Source: an uncultured Desulfobacterales bacterium
GTDB lineage: Bacteria; Desulfobacterota; DSM-4660; Desulfatiglandales; JALVZP01
Direction: 5' to 3'
NCBI GenBank assembly: GCA_964393645.1
Contig: CAYMUI010000034.1
Location: 5,970 to 69,969, forward strand
DNA length: 64,000 nucleotides
This document shows positions 52,251-60,771 of the stretch, one piece after another. Made by a program: the position numbers and the translations under genes. Below the pieces are notes generated by a model. That model did not search any database, was not told the origin of the DNA, and was given only the letters and a program-made list of their open reading frames with translations. Within the stretch, counting starts at the first letter, position 1, and each line of letters begins with the position of its first letter.

Positions 52251-53183
52251 ATGAAATGTTTTCTTTACACTTTAATATTTACCTTTATCAGCTTGTCTGC
52301 TTTTGCTCTGTACGCTCAATATACCTACCAGTCAGAAACAGAGGTATGTTTAAAGGACAGACTGGGAAACTTTAAGTGGATAAGAGAAAGATTGTCCAGT
52401 GAAAAACCAAAAGAAAAGTTCTCCTTTGCTGTTATAGGAGACACAAAAAGTAGAGGTACATTTGAAGAGATAGCAGAAAGGTTAAAAAAAGAAGACCTTT
52501 CCTTTGCGGTCAATTTAGGAGACTTTGTAAGAAAAGGAACAGAGTATTACCATGCGTGGTTTAGAGCTGAATATGCTACAGAAATCAACTTCCCATTCCC
52601 TATGTTCCTGATTGTAGGAAATCACGATATAGACCCAAACGGGTTTCCCTTATCTAAATTTGAAAAGCTGTATGGACCAACTATATTTTCGTTTCCTTAT
52701 CAAGGATGCCTGTTCGTATTTCTGAGGATACTTCCAAAACCATATTCTGTAGAGCCAAGTATTAACTTTTTAAAGTCTCTTATAGCTAAGCATCCGCATC
52801 AAAAGTACAGGTACATATTTGTCTTCATGCATATTCCACCTCCTGTTTCAAAAGAAATTCGATCCAGGCAATTTGAAAAAGAAAAAGAGCTGATCAGCAC
52901 TTTAAAAAAGCTTCAACCAACTTATGTGATAGCAGGTGATTACCATGGATATGCACATTTCGAACAAGATGAGATAATATATCTGGTCTCAGGTGGAGGA
53001 GGAGCAAAATTAAAGAAAACAAAATACGGCGCCTTTCACCATGCAATTGTGATTACGGTGTCAAAATCCGGAATTTCTGAGAAATTGCTCGTAGTAAAAG
53101 AAAGAAAAGACCTTCAGGATGCAATAGAAAGATTTGCCATAACACAAGTGTATCCTATCCTTCATAGGCTCGGATTAAATTAA
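52251..53183 (+). CDS. metallophosphoesterase (calcineurin-like), membrane-anchored or secreted
   Basis: 310 aa with a hydrophobic N-terminus and motifs GDTKS, GDFV, GNHD, MHIPP, GDYHGY. Confidence 0.85.
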   Translation: MKCFLYTLIFTFISLSAFALYAQYTYQSETEVCLKDRLGNFKWIRERLSSEKPKEKFSFAVIGDTKSRGTFEEIAERLKKEDLSFAVNLGDFVRKGTEYYHAWFRAEYATEINFPFPMFLIVGNHDIDPNGFPLSKFEKLYGPTIFSFPYQGCLFVFLRILPKPYSVEPSINFLKSLIAKHPHQKYRYIFVFMHIPPPVSKEIRSRQFEKEKELISTLKKLQPTYVIAGDYHGYAHFEQDEIIYLVSGGGGAKLKKTKYGAFHHAIVITVSKSGISEKLLVVKERKDLQDAIERFAITQVYPILHRLGLN

Positions 53184-53202
53184 AATAAGGCTTAAAAAAT
53201 AA

Positions 53203-53230
53203 TTGACAAAATCTGAGTAACTAATATTAT
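53203..53230 (+). promoter_or_regulatory. sigma-70-type promoter of the rpsU leader
   Basis: TTGACA (53203-53208), a 16-nt spacer, then TATTAT (53225-53230). Confidence 0.6.
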
Positions 53231-53455
53231 ACCTTTTACCTTGAAATCCTAAACTTTCTGAGCAAGGGGGTGAGATTATTGAATTATTTCTCCGAGAGAT
53301 GCTTTTTTGCCTGCAAAGGGGGTGATAATGTGGTAAAGTTTATGTAAAATAAGTTTACACTAAGTCCCCTTATCAAAGGCAAAAAAGCATCTCATCGTTA
53401 AAATGAGATGCTTTTTTGTTTGTAAACAAAATAGAAAAAGAAAGGAGTAAAAAGA
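53231..53455 (+). promoter_or_regulatory. structured leader (candidate transcription attenuator or ribosomal-protein leader) upstream of rpsU
   Basis: The 16-nt segment GAGATGCTTTTTTGCC (53296-53311) is perfectly complementary to GGCAAAAAAGCATCTC (53378-53393). That second segment overlaps the 5' half of a terminator hairpin (53387-53417), so the two structures are mutually exclusive. Confidence 0.6.
53387..53417 (+). terminator. rho-independent terminator inside the rpsU leader
   Basis: 9-bp stem GCATCTCAT / ATGAGATGC with a 7-nt loop CGTTAAA, followed by TTTTTT (53412-53417). It lies 38 nt before the rpsU ATG. Confidence 0.8.
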
Positions 53456-53653
53456 ATGAAGGTAGTTGTAGAAAACAACCAAATAGAAAAAGCAATTAGA
53501 GAATTAAAAAAGAAACTTACAAAAGAAGGTTTTTTCTCTGAAATCAAAAGAAGAAGATTTTATGAAAAACCCAGTATGCAAAGAAAAAGGAAACAGGCAA
53601 AAGCAGCAAAAAGAAGAAAAAAGAAGGAGAAGAAAAAGAAGCTTCTTGGATAA
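53456..53653 (+). CDS. rpsU: 30S ribosomal protein S21
   Basis: 65 aa. IEKAIRELKKKLTKEGFFSEIKRRRFYEKPSMQRKRK, typical bS21, with a Lys-rich tail. AAAGGAG RBS. Confidence 0.93.
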   Translation: MKVVVENNQIEKAIRELKKKLTKEGFFSEIKRRRFYEKPSMQRKRKQAKAAKRRKKKEKKKKLLG

Positions 53654-53673
53654 AAGTTTACCAATAATTTTTC

Positions 53674-53701
53674 TTGACAAATAATTCTCTATTTTTATAA
53701 G
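53674..53701 (+). promoter_or_regulatory. sigma-70-type promoter for the cytochrome / molybdopterin-family operon
   Basis: TTGACA (53674-53679), a 16-nt spacer, then TATAAG (53696-53701). Confidence 0.5.
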
Positions 53702-53740
53702 AATCCCTCTTGAATGAGATCTGAAGGAAGAGGAAAGAAA

Positions 53741-54388
53741 ATGACCTTACTAAGTATTCCTGGCGATAAGGTAAAAGACTGGTTAGAGGGCCTGTGCTTT
53801 TTTCTTTTGGGTTTTATAGGTGCATTGATAGTTGGCTGGTTTTTATTTCCTATGGCTCTTTATTCTGAACATACTCAGCCGATAAATTTTGACCACGCTA
53901 TTCACTTAGAAAATGTAGAAGGAGACACCCTCACAGAGAAGTGTCTTTATTGCCACGAGTTTTATGAAGACGGCACATTTGCCGGTATACCTCGAATCGA
54001 GAAATGCGAAGACTGTCATGACCCTGAATCTCCGCTGGGGGATAGCTTAGAGGAGAAAAAATTTCTCACAAAATATTTAGCGCAGGGAAAAGAAATACCT
54101 TGGTATCACTACTACAAACAACCCCCATGTGTCTATTTCCCGCACATCAGCCATGTAAAGATGGCAAAAATAGCCTGTAAGACATGTCATGGAAATCATG
54201 GAACAAGCGAGTTTCTGCCGGTTTACCAAGAAAACCGCATTTCCGGATACAGTAGAAACATATGGGGAAAACATATCTCTGGTTACAAAGAACATAGCTG
54301 GGACAGAATGAAAATGGACGATTGTGCAGAGTGCCACACAAAGAAAGGCCATGAAGAGTATAACTCATGTTTCACCTGTCACAAATAA
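53741..54388 (+). CDS. membrane-anchored pentaheme cytochrome c
   Basis: Five CxxCH motifs (CLYCH, CEDCH, CKTCH, CAECH, CFTCH) after one N-terminal TM helix. I prefer ATG 53741 (GAGGAAAG RBS) over the ORF-track start 53714. Confidence 0.88.
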   Translation: MTLLSIPGDKVKDWLEGLCFFLLGFIGALIVGWFLFPMALYSEHTQPINFDHAIHLENVEGDTLTEKCLYCHEFYEDGTFAGIPRIEKCEDCHDPESPLGDSLEEKKFLTKYLAQGKEIPWYHYYKQPPCVYFPHISHVKMAKIACKTCHGNHGTSEFLPVYQENRISGYSRNIWGKHISGYKEHSWDRMKMDDCAECHTKKGHEEYNSCFTCHK

Positions 54389-54406
54389 ACTCATAGACGG
54401 GGACGA

Positions 54407-56827
54407 GTGATGAAACTGAACAGAAGAAACTTCATACTTTCTCTGGCCGGGGGTTTAATAGGAATCAATTTTACTCCGCTTCCGTGGAAACTGATGGACG
54501 ACATTGCCATATGGACTCAGAACTGGCCTTGGGTACCTGTGCCGGAAAAGGGCAGATTCCACCATGAAAAAAGTATATGCACTCTTTGTCCTGGTGGATG
54601 CGGGATAAAAGTAAGAAAAGTGGACGGCATTCATGGAGACAGGGCAGTAAAAATAGAGGGAAGAACAGATTACCCGATAAACCCGCTCGGTATCTGTCCT
54701 ATAGGCATGGGCGGTCTTCAGCTACTTTATGATGAAAGCCTCCGTTTTACCGGGCCAATGAAAAGAGGGGGCATGAGAGGAGCCGGGGAATTTGTGAATA
54801 TATCCTGGGAAAAAGGCATTTCCCTTTTAGCAGAAAAGATTCGAGATCTTAGAGCAAAAGGCAAGCCTGAAGGTATCGTTGTTATAGACGGAAACAGAAA
54901 AGGAAGCACATGCTCTTTGCTAATAGAACGGCTTGTAAAATGCATTGGAAGTCCGAACTATATCAGAATCTCTAACATGGAAGACACATACGAGATAGCT
55001 TGTAAACTTATGACCGGAAAAAGGTCTCCTCTCGCTTTTGATCTGGAAAATTCTGACTATATCTTGAGTTTTGGCTGCGCACTTATTGACGGATGGGGAT
55101 CTGCTGGCAGGATAATAAATAGCTGGAGCATGTGGCATGACTACAATCTGAAAAAAAGGCCCAAGATAGTCCAAATAGAGCCCAGATGTTCTGATACTGC
55201 GTCAAAGGCAACGGAATGGGTAGCTATAAGACCTGGTACTGAAGCTGCTCTTGCCTTGGGAATTGCTCATGTAATCGTAAAACAGGGTCTGTATGATAAG
55301 AGATTTGTGGAACAATGCTGCTTTGGTTTTAAGGACTGGGTAGGAAGTGATGGCCAGATACACACAGGATTTAAGAACATACTTTTAAAAAGGTATTCAC
55401 CCGACAGGGTGAGTAACATCACGGGAGTTCCAAAAGAGAAGATCGTCTCTTTGGCACAGGAGTTCGCAAAAGCAAAACGTCCTGTAGCAATATTTGGAAA
55501 AGATAAAGGAGAGCTGCCGGGCGGAGTCTTGGAATACATGTCTGTTATGGCACTAAATGCGCTTGTGGGAAGTGTAAACAGAATAGGCGGTCTTATAATT
55601 CAGGACGGCTTACCTTTAAAGGATCTTCCTGAGCCCGTTTTAGATAACATTGCCAAACACGGGTTAAAAAAAGAAAGACTGGATGGTGCTGGTACTGAAG
55701 AAGCACCGTTTACTCATTCTATTGCAGAGGCAATTTCTGAAAGAGCAGAAGAGATAGAATTGCTCATGATATTCTCCTCCAATCCACTGTATACCTTACC
55801 TGACGCCAAGTCTTTGAGAAAAGGGTTTGGCAAGGTACCTTTCATCGTTACATTTTCGCCTTTCTTGGATGACACTGCAATGCTGGCCGATCTTGTGCTT
55901 CCAGACCATGTATACTTAGAAAAAACAGAAGAGGTAATTTGGCCTACAGGTCTTCAGTATCCTTTTTATGGTCTTTCAAAACCTGTGGTGACTCCGATAT
56001 ACAACACCAGACATACAGGAGATGTGGTGATCCAGATTGCAAAGAAGATAGGAGGAAATGTGGCAAGATCATTCCCCTGGAGCTCTTTTGAAGATGTGGT
56101 TAAGTACAGAGTAAAGGGACTGTACGAAGCTGGAGGCTCAGTAAGATACAAACCAGACAAACCGATCTGGAAGATGATAGAAAAGGGCGAAAGACCTGAA
56201 AAGGGATACTCCGGCTTTTCAGATATGTGGAAGAAAATAAAGGACAACGGATTTTGGTTTGATCTTCCAAACTACGACAGGCATTCTTTTGCTACTCCTT
56301 CGGGTAAATTTGAGTTTTTTAGTCAGCTTCTCTTTCGTTACAAAAAGAAGATCAAGTCCATGGGGATAAAGGCAAAGGATGATGAGGCATTCATGCCTCA
56401 TTATGAATCTTCAGAATCGAGAGCTTCTGGATATGAACTAAAGATGATTCCTTATGGAATGATAAATCTTTCCAGCAGTTGGGTGCCAAGTCCTCCATTT
56501 GTTTATAAAACCATATTTGACAATCAGCTTATCAAAGAAGATTCGTTTGTAGACATCAATCCAAAACTTGCTAAAAAGCTCAAGCTCAAACAAGCAGATA
56601 AAGTAATGCTTTCTTCTCCAGCGGGCAGTATAAAAGTTAGAGTAAACATAACAGAAACAGTGCCTCCTGACTGCGTTTATGTGCCTATGGGATTTGGACA
56701 TACAGGATATGATGAATTCATAAGAGGAAAAGGAGCAAATCCCAACGAAATAATAGTTGGTGAAAAAGACCCAATAAGTGGACACAAGATATGGTGGAAC
56801 ACACCCGTAAAAATTGTTAAGCTCTGA
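54407..56827 (+). CDS. molybdopterin-oxidoreductase-family large subunit with Tat signal (Qrc/ACIII/Psr-like)
   Basis: 806 aa. Twin-arginine motif NRRNFIL; N-terminal Cys cluster CTLCPGGCG ... GICPIG; MopB-type body and C-terminal beta-barrel domain. GTG 54407 or ATG 54410 could be the start. Confidence 0.85.
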   Translation: MMKLNRRNFILSLAGGLIGINFTPLPWKLMDDIAIWTQNWPWVPVPEKGRFHHEKSICTLCPGGCGIKVRKVDGIHGDRAVKIEGRTDYPINPLGICPIGMGGLQLLYDESLRFTGPMKRGGMRGAGEFVNISWEKGISLLAEKIRDLRAKGKPEGIVVIDGNRKGSTCSLLIERLVKCIGSPNYIRISNMEDTYEIACKLMTGKRSPLAFDLENSDYILSFGCALIDGWGSAGRIINSWSMWHDYNLKKRPKIVQIEPRCSDTASKATEWVAIRPGTEAALALGIAHVIVKQGLYDKRFVEQCCFGFKDWVGSDGQIHTGFKNILLKRYSPDRVSNITGVPKEKIVSLAQEFAKAKRPVAIFGKDKGELPGGVLEYMSVMALNALVGSVNRIGGLIIQDGLPLKDLPEPVLDNIAKHGLKKERLDGAGTEEAPFTHSIAEAISERAEEIELLMIFSSNPLYTLPDAKSLRKGFGKVPFIVTFSPFLDDTAMLADLVLPDHVYLEKTEEVIWPTGLQYPFYGLSKPVVTPIYNTRHTGDVVIQIAKKIGGNVARSFPWSSFEDVVKYRVKGLYEAGGSVRYKPDKPIWKMIEKGERPEKGYSGFSDMWKKIKDNGFWFDLPNYDRHSFATPSGKFEFFSQLLFRYKKKIKSMGIKAKDDEAFMPHYESSESRASGYELKMIPYGMINLSSSWVPSPPFVYKTIFDNQLIKEDSFVDINPKLAKKLKLKQADKVMLSSPAGSIKVRVNITETVPPDCVYVPMGFGHTGYDEFIRGKGANPNEIIVGEKDPISGHKIWWNTPVKIVKL

Positions 56828-56841
56828 TAGAGGGATTTATC

Positions 56842-57654
56842 ATGAAAGGAAGTCATAAGGAGCCTTTGCACAGATATGGAATGGTAATCGATCTGGATAA
56901 GTGCACAGGATGTGGCACATGTGTTGTGGCATGTGCATCAGAAAACAACATATCTGTTAGACCTGACGAATCCGATAAAAAAAGATTCATAAGCTGGATG
57001 CAACTTTACATGATCACAAACGGGAAAGAATATCCTCACACAGAAGTGTGTTATATCCCCAGACCATGTATGCACTGCGAGGAAGACGGACATGGCGGAC
57101 ATCACCCTCCATGTGTTACTGTTTGCGTGGCCACTGCCACCAGAGTGGATGTAAACACCGGAATAGTAAGTCAGATACCCACCCGTTGTATAGGATGCAG
57201 ATACTGTCAAGCAGCCTGTCCTTATCATGCAAGATACTTTAACTGGTGGGATGCATACTTTCCAAAAGGAAAAGGATTAGAAAGATACCTGTCTCCCGAG
57301 GTCTCTGTCAGGATGAGAGGCGTTGTGGAGAAATGCACATTCTGTCATCACAGGTACATGAGAGCAAAAAGAAAAGCAGAAGCAGAAGGCAGAAAGACAC
57401 TGAAAGAGGAAGAATACATCCCTGCCTGTGCTGAAGCGTGCCCTGCTGGGGCTATAACTTTTGGAGATCTGAACAATCCGAATCACAAGGTATCTCAACT
57501 GATCAAAAGTGAAAGGGCATTCAGGTTGCTGGAAAGACTTAATACAAAACCAAAGGTCTATTATTTGTCTTCCAAAGAATGGGTAAGAAGGATGGCAGAT
57601 CATTATTTACCTGAAGAGTTAAAACCTGTTACACCTCTATCTTTGAGGAGGTAA
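56842..57654 (+). CDS. 4Fe-4S ferredoxin-type iron-sulfur subunit (PsrB/QrcC-like)
   Basis: 270 aa. RYGMVIDLDKCTGCGTCVVAC plus further clusters CIGCRYCQAACP and CTFCHHR...CAEACP. Confidence 0.9.
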   Translation: MKGSHKEPLHRYGMVIDLDKCTGCGTCVVACASENNISVRPDESDKKRFISWMQLYMITNGKEYPHTEVCYIPRPCMHCEEDGHGGHHPPCVTVCVATATRVDVNTGIVSQIPTRCIGCRYCQAACPYHARYFNWWDAYFPKGKGLERYLSPEVSVRMRGVVEKCTFCHHRYMRAKRKAEAEGRKTLKEEEYIPACAEACPAGAITFGDLNNPNHKVSQLIKSERAFRLLERLNTKPKVYYLSSKEWVRRMADHYLPEELKPVTPLSLRR

Positions 57655-57657
57655 AAG

Positions 57658-58893
57658 ATGGATTCAGCACTTATTCCGGAAGGGGTAAGCAGATGTTCAG
57701 CAAAAAAGTTCTTTTTGTGGACGCTTCCGTGGATATTAATACTTATCTGGGGCGGTATCTCTGCTATCTTGTGTCTCTGGAAAGCACTGAACCAAACTAA
57801 CATGAGCAATATATTTGCATTTGCCCTCTGGATTGTATTTGATCTGGGCCTTATTGCCTTAGGAGCAGGAGCTTTTTTTACTGGATTTCTCACATACATA
57901 ATAGGCAAAAAAGAACTAAAAGATATAATCAACGCAGCAGTTATAATAGGGTTCATATGCTACTCTGGAGCTATGGCTATACTCGGTATAGATATTGGAC
58001 AGCCACTGAGAGGATGGTTCATATTCTGGCACGCAAATATACACTCCATGTTGGTAGAGGTTTCATTTTGCATCACCTGTTATCTTATGGTCTTATGCAT
58101 CGAGTTTCTGCCCATTATTCTGGAAAATAGAAAACTTGAAGAAATCAAACCTGCCCGGCTGTTTGGTAAAAACCTGCATGGTATTATGGCTGTATTTGCA
58201 GCTACAGGCACCTTTCTTTCTTTCTTCCATCAGGGTTCCTTAGGAGGAATGTTCGGGGTAATGTATGCCAGGCCATTTGCTGCCAGAGGAGGCTTTTACA
58301 TATGGCCATGGACATTCTTCCTGTTCATTCTTTCTGCCATAGCAGCAGGCCCGTGTTTTACTATATTGATTGTAAAGATCACCGAAAAGCTCACAAAGAA
58401 AAAGCTTGTGCCAGATAAGACTGTTCAGTTTCTTGCAAAGCTGTCGGGCATTCTTCTATCTTGCTACATAGTGTTAAAAATAGCAGATACCATATCCTGG
58501 ATCTACACAGAAGCTCATAAAGCCGGTTTTACTTTTATGGACTTTTACAAAGAAGGGCCTTACGGAGTGTGGCTTCCAATCGCAGAAATAGGGGTGTGCG
58601 GGATTATACCGGCTGTACTCCTGATGGTGCCGAAACTTAGAAAGGAGCCCAAGTGGCTTATAATCGCGTGTATTCTTAATTGTACCGGTATCATATTGAA
58701 CAGGTTTTCCTTCATTATTGTAACGCTTGCCATACCTGTTCTTCCATTTGAGAGATTCTGGAGTTACTTACCAACATGGCAGGAATGGGGAGTAGCGCTT
58801 GCGTCTATTGCTTACGGAGTTCTGGTGTTTTCGTTAGCATACAGGTATCTGCCCGTTTTTCCTAAGGAAAGGGAGTTAAATCCCGTTTCATAA
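57658..58893 (+). CDS. NrfD/PsrC-family integral membrane quinone-interacting subunit
   Basis: 411 aa, about 10 predicted TM helices. Position after the Fe-S subunit, with a 3-nt gap. Confidence 0.85.
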   Translation: MDSALIPEGVSRCSAKKFFLWTLPWILILIWGGISAILCLWKALNQTNMSNIFAFALWIVFDLGLIALGAGAFFTGFLTYIIGKKELKDIINAAVIIGFICYSGAMAILGIDIGQPLRGWFIFWHANIHSMLVEVSFCITCYLMVLCIEFLPIILENRKLEEIKPARLFGKNLHGIMAVFAATGTFLSFFHQGSLGGMFGVMYARPFAARGGFYIWPWTFFLFILSAIAAGPCFTILIVKITEKLTKKKLVPDKTVQFLAKLSGILLSCYIVLKIADTISWIYTEAHKAGFTFMDFYKEGPYGVWLPIAEIGVCGIIPAVLLMVPKLRKEPKWLIIACILNCTGIILNRFSFIIVTLAIPVLPFERFWSYLPTWQEWGVALASIAYGVLVFSLAYRYLPVFPKERELNPVS

Positions 58894-58902
58894 GGAGGAA
58901 AG

Positions 58903-59067
58903 ATGACCCCTTTTAGCTTTGAATGGCAGTGGGATATAGGTCACATAATATTTTTTGGATTTCTCTATCTTATCCTCACGATAGTAGCTCTTGGACTTGG
59001 ATGGACGGGACTAAAAACAATTCTGCAGATGTTGGGGCTTCTGTGGGAAAGAGACCTGGAAGATTAG
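58903..59067 (+). CDS. small single-TM membrane protein (54 aa), candidate extra subunit of the complex
   Basis: Below the ORF-track length cutoff. AGGAGG (58894-58899) lies 3 nt before ATG 58903. Translation: MTPFSFEWQWDIGHIIFFGFLYLILTIVALGLGWTGLKTILQMLGLLWERDLED, stop TAG at 59065-59067. It starts 9 nt after the NrfD-like stop. Confidence 0.55.
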   Translation: MTPFSFEWQWDIGHIIFFGFLYLILTIVALGLGWTGLKTILQMLGLLWERDLED

Positions 59068-59098
59068 ACATACCTTAAAGCTCAAGGTCAAGTTCTTA

Positions 59099-60721
59099 TT
59101 AAAGCCATATAACAGTATCTCTTTTCCAGTGAGTGTCATCTTTGTAAGGATAGTCGAGGTTATAGTGCAAGCCTCTGCTTTCTTTTCTTAAAAGAGCACA
59201 GGTTATGATGAGCTCTGCCGTAAGTGCCAGATTTCTCAGCTCTAAAAGGTCTCTTGTTACTATAAAATCCCAGTAATACTCTTTTATCTCCTCCTGAATT
59301 ATCTCGATCCTTCTTCTTGCCCTTTCTAACCTTTTATTTGTCCTTACAATTCCAACATAATTCCACATAAACCTTCTTATCTCATCCCAGTTATGGGATA
59401 CCACAACTGCTTCGTCACTGTCTACTGCACTGCCGGGGTCCCACTCAGGAGGTTTTGGAAAAGGCTCGTGTCTTTTTTCTTCAAGATACTGCGCAGACCT
59501 TATGGCTGCCCTTTTTGCAAATACCAGTGCTTCTAAAAGGGAATTGCTGGCCAGCCTGTTTGCCCCGTGAAGACCTGTGCACGCCACTTCTCCTATGGCA
59601 TAAAGATTTTCTAAGTTCGTAAGTCCGTCCTTGTCAGTAAGAACACCCCCACACATATAGTGGGCAGCAGGAACCACCGGAATAGGTTCTTTTGTAATGT
59701 CAATGTGAAACTTAAGACATGTCTCGTATATGTGGGGAAATCTCTTTTTGATAAAGTCTGCTGGCTTATGACTTATGTCCAAGTACACACACTCGTCACC
59801 GCTCTTTTTCAATTCCATATCTATCGATCTTGCCACAACATCCCTTGGAGCCAGTTCTTTCATAGGATGGTATTCCTCCATAAATCTGTTGCCCCTTTTG
59901 TCTATTAATATCCCGCCTTCCCCTCTTACGGCTTCTGAAATGAGAAAGTTTTTTGCCTCTGGATGATAAAGACATGTAGGATGAAACTGAACAAATTCCA
60001 TATTAGCTATCTTTGCACCTGCTCTGTAGGCTACTGCCACCCCATCTCCTGTGGCTATATCAGGATTGCTTGTATAAAGATATACCTTTCCGGCTCCTCC
60101 GGTAGCCAGCACTGTTATCCTCGCCAGAAATGTCTTGACCACTCCATTCAACACATCCAACACATAAGCTCCCCAACAAGTTCTTTCTCCGATCTCCTTG
60201 GTCACAATACCCTTTTTGATGAGCTTTGCAGTAGTTATAAGATCAATCACCATGTGGTGTTCGTATATAGTTATGTTTTCATTTTCTTCGGCCCTTTCCA
60301 AAAGCACCTTCTCGATAGCATGACCCGTCCTGTCCTCTGCGTGTACAATCCTTCTCTTAGAGTGTCCACCTTCCCTTCCAAGATCCAGCAGGTGCGTCTC
60401 CTCGTCCACAGAAAAATTTACTCCCCAAGATATAAGCTCCTGAATCACTTTTGGCCCTTCGTATACCACCATCCTAACGACATCTTCATGGCACAATCCA
60501 TCCCCTGCTTTAAGGGTATCCGAGATGTGATATTCAAAATGATCAGAAGGATCTATCACGGATGCAATTCCCCCTTGGGCATAATTAGTTGCCCCTTCTA
60601 TCTTTTCTTTTTTGGTAACAATGGCTACCTTGCCGTACTTAGATGCATGAAGAGCAAAAGCAAGCCCTGCTATTCCACTACCAATTACCAGATAGTCGGT
60701 TTTAATCTCCATTTCTTGCAC
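59099..60721 (-). CDS. nadB: L-aspartate oxidase
   Basis: 540 aa. FAD motif [34 protein letters not shown]. Confidence 0.96.
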   Translation of the reverse strand: MQEMEIKTDYLVIGSGIAGLAFALHASKYGKVAIVTKKEKIEGATNYAQGGIASVIDPSDHFEYHISDTLKAGDGLCHEDVVRMVVYEGPKVIQELISWGVNFSVDEETHLLDLGREGGHSKRRIVHAEDRTGHAIEKVLLERAEENENITIYEHHMVIDLITTAKLIKKGIVTKEIGERTCWGAYVLDVLNGVVKTFLARITVLATGGAGKVYLYTSNPDIATGDGVAVAYRAGAKIANMEFVQFHPTCLYHPEAKNFLISEAVRGEGGILIDKRGNRFMEEYHPMKELAPRDVVARSIDMELKKSGDECVYLDISHKPADFIKKRFPHIYETCLKFHIDITKEPIPVVPAAHYMCGGVLTDKDGLTNLENLYAIGEVACTGLHGANRLASNSLLEALVFAKRAAIRSAQYLEEKRHEPFPKPPEWDPGSAVDSDEAVVVSHNWDEIRRFMWNYVGIVRTNKRLERARRRIEIIQEEIKEYYWDFIVTRDLLELRNLALTAELIITCALLRKESRGLHYNLDYPYKDDTHWKRDTVIWL

Positions 60722-60771
60722 CTTTTAAGATTACTTTTTATAAATTTACTTCATTGCTCTTAAGATGTAAA

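Noticed and set aside
53279-53347. Possible leader peptides in the rpsU leader: a TTG-initiated 22-codon ORF (LNYFSERCFFACKGGDNVVKFM) and an ATG-TGG-TAA mini-ORF at 53328-53336
   Set aside because: Both follow the SD-like boxes. One needs a TTG start and the other is only two codons, and there is no codon-run logic as in amino-acid attenuators. Noted but not called without conservation data.
59963-60763. 266-aa plus-strand ORF
   Set aside because: It lies entirely antisense to nadB, whose product has unmistakable L-aspartate oxidase motifs. The translation is Cys/His/Ser-rich low-complexity with no RBS, so it is a shadow ORF.
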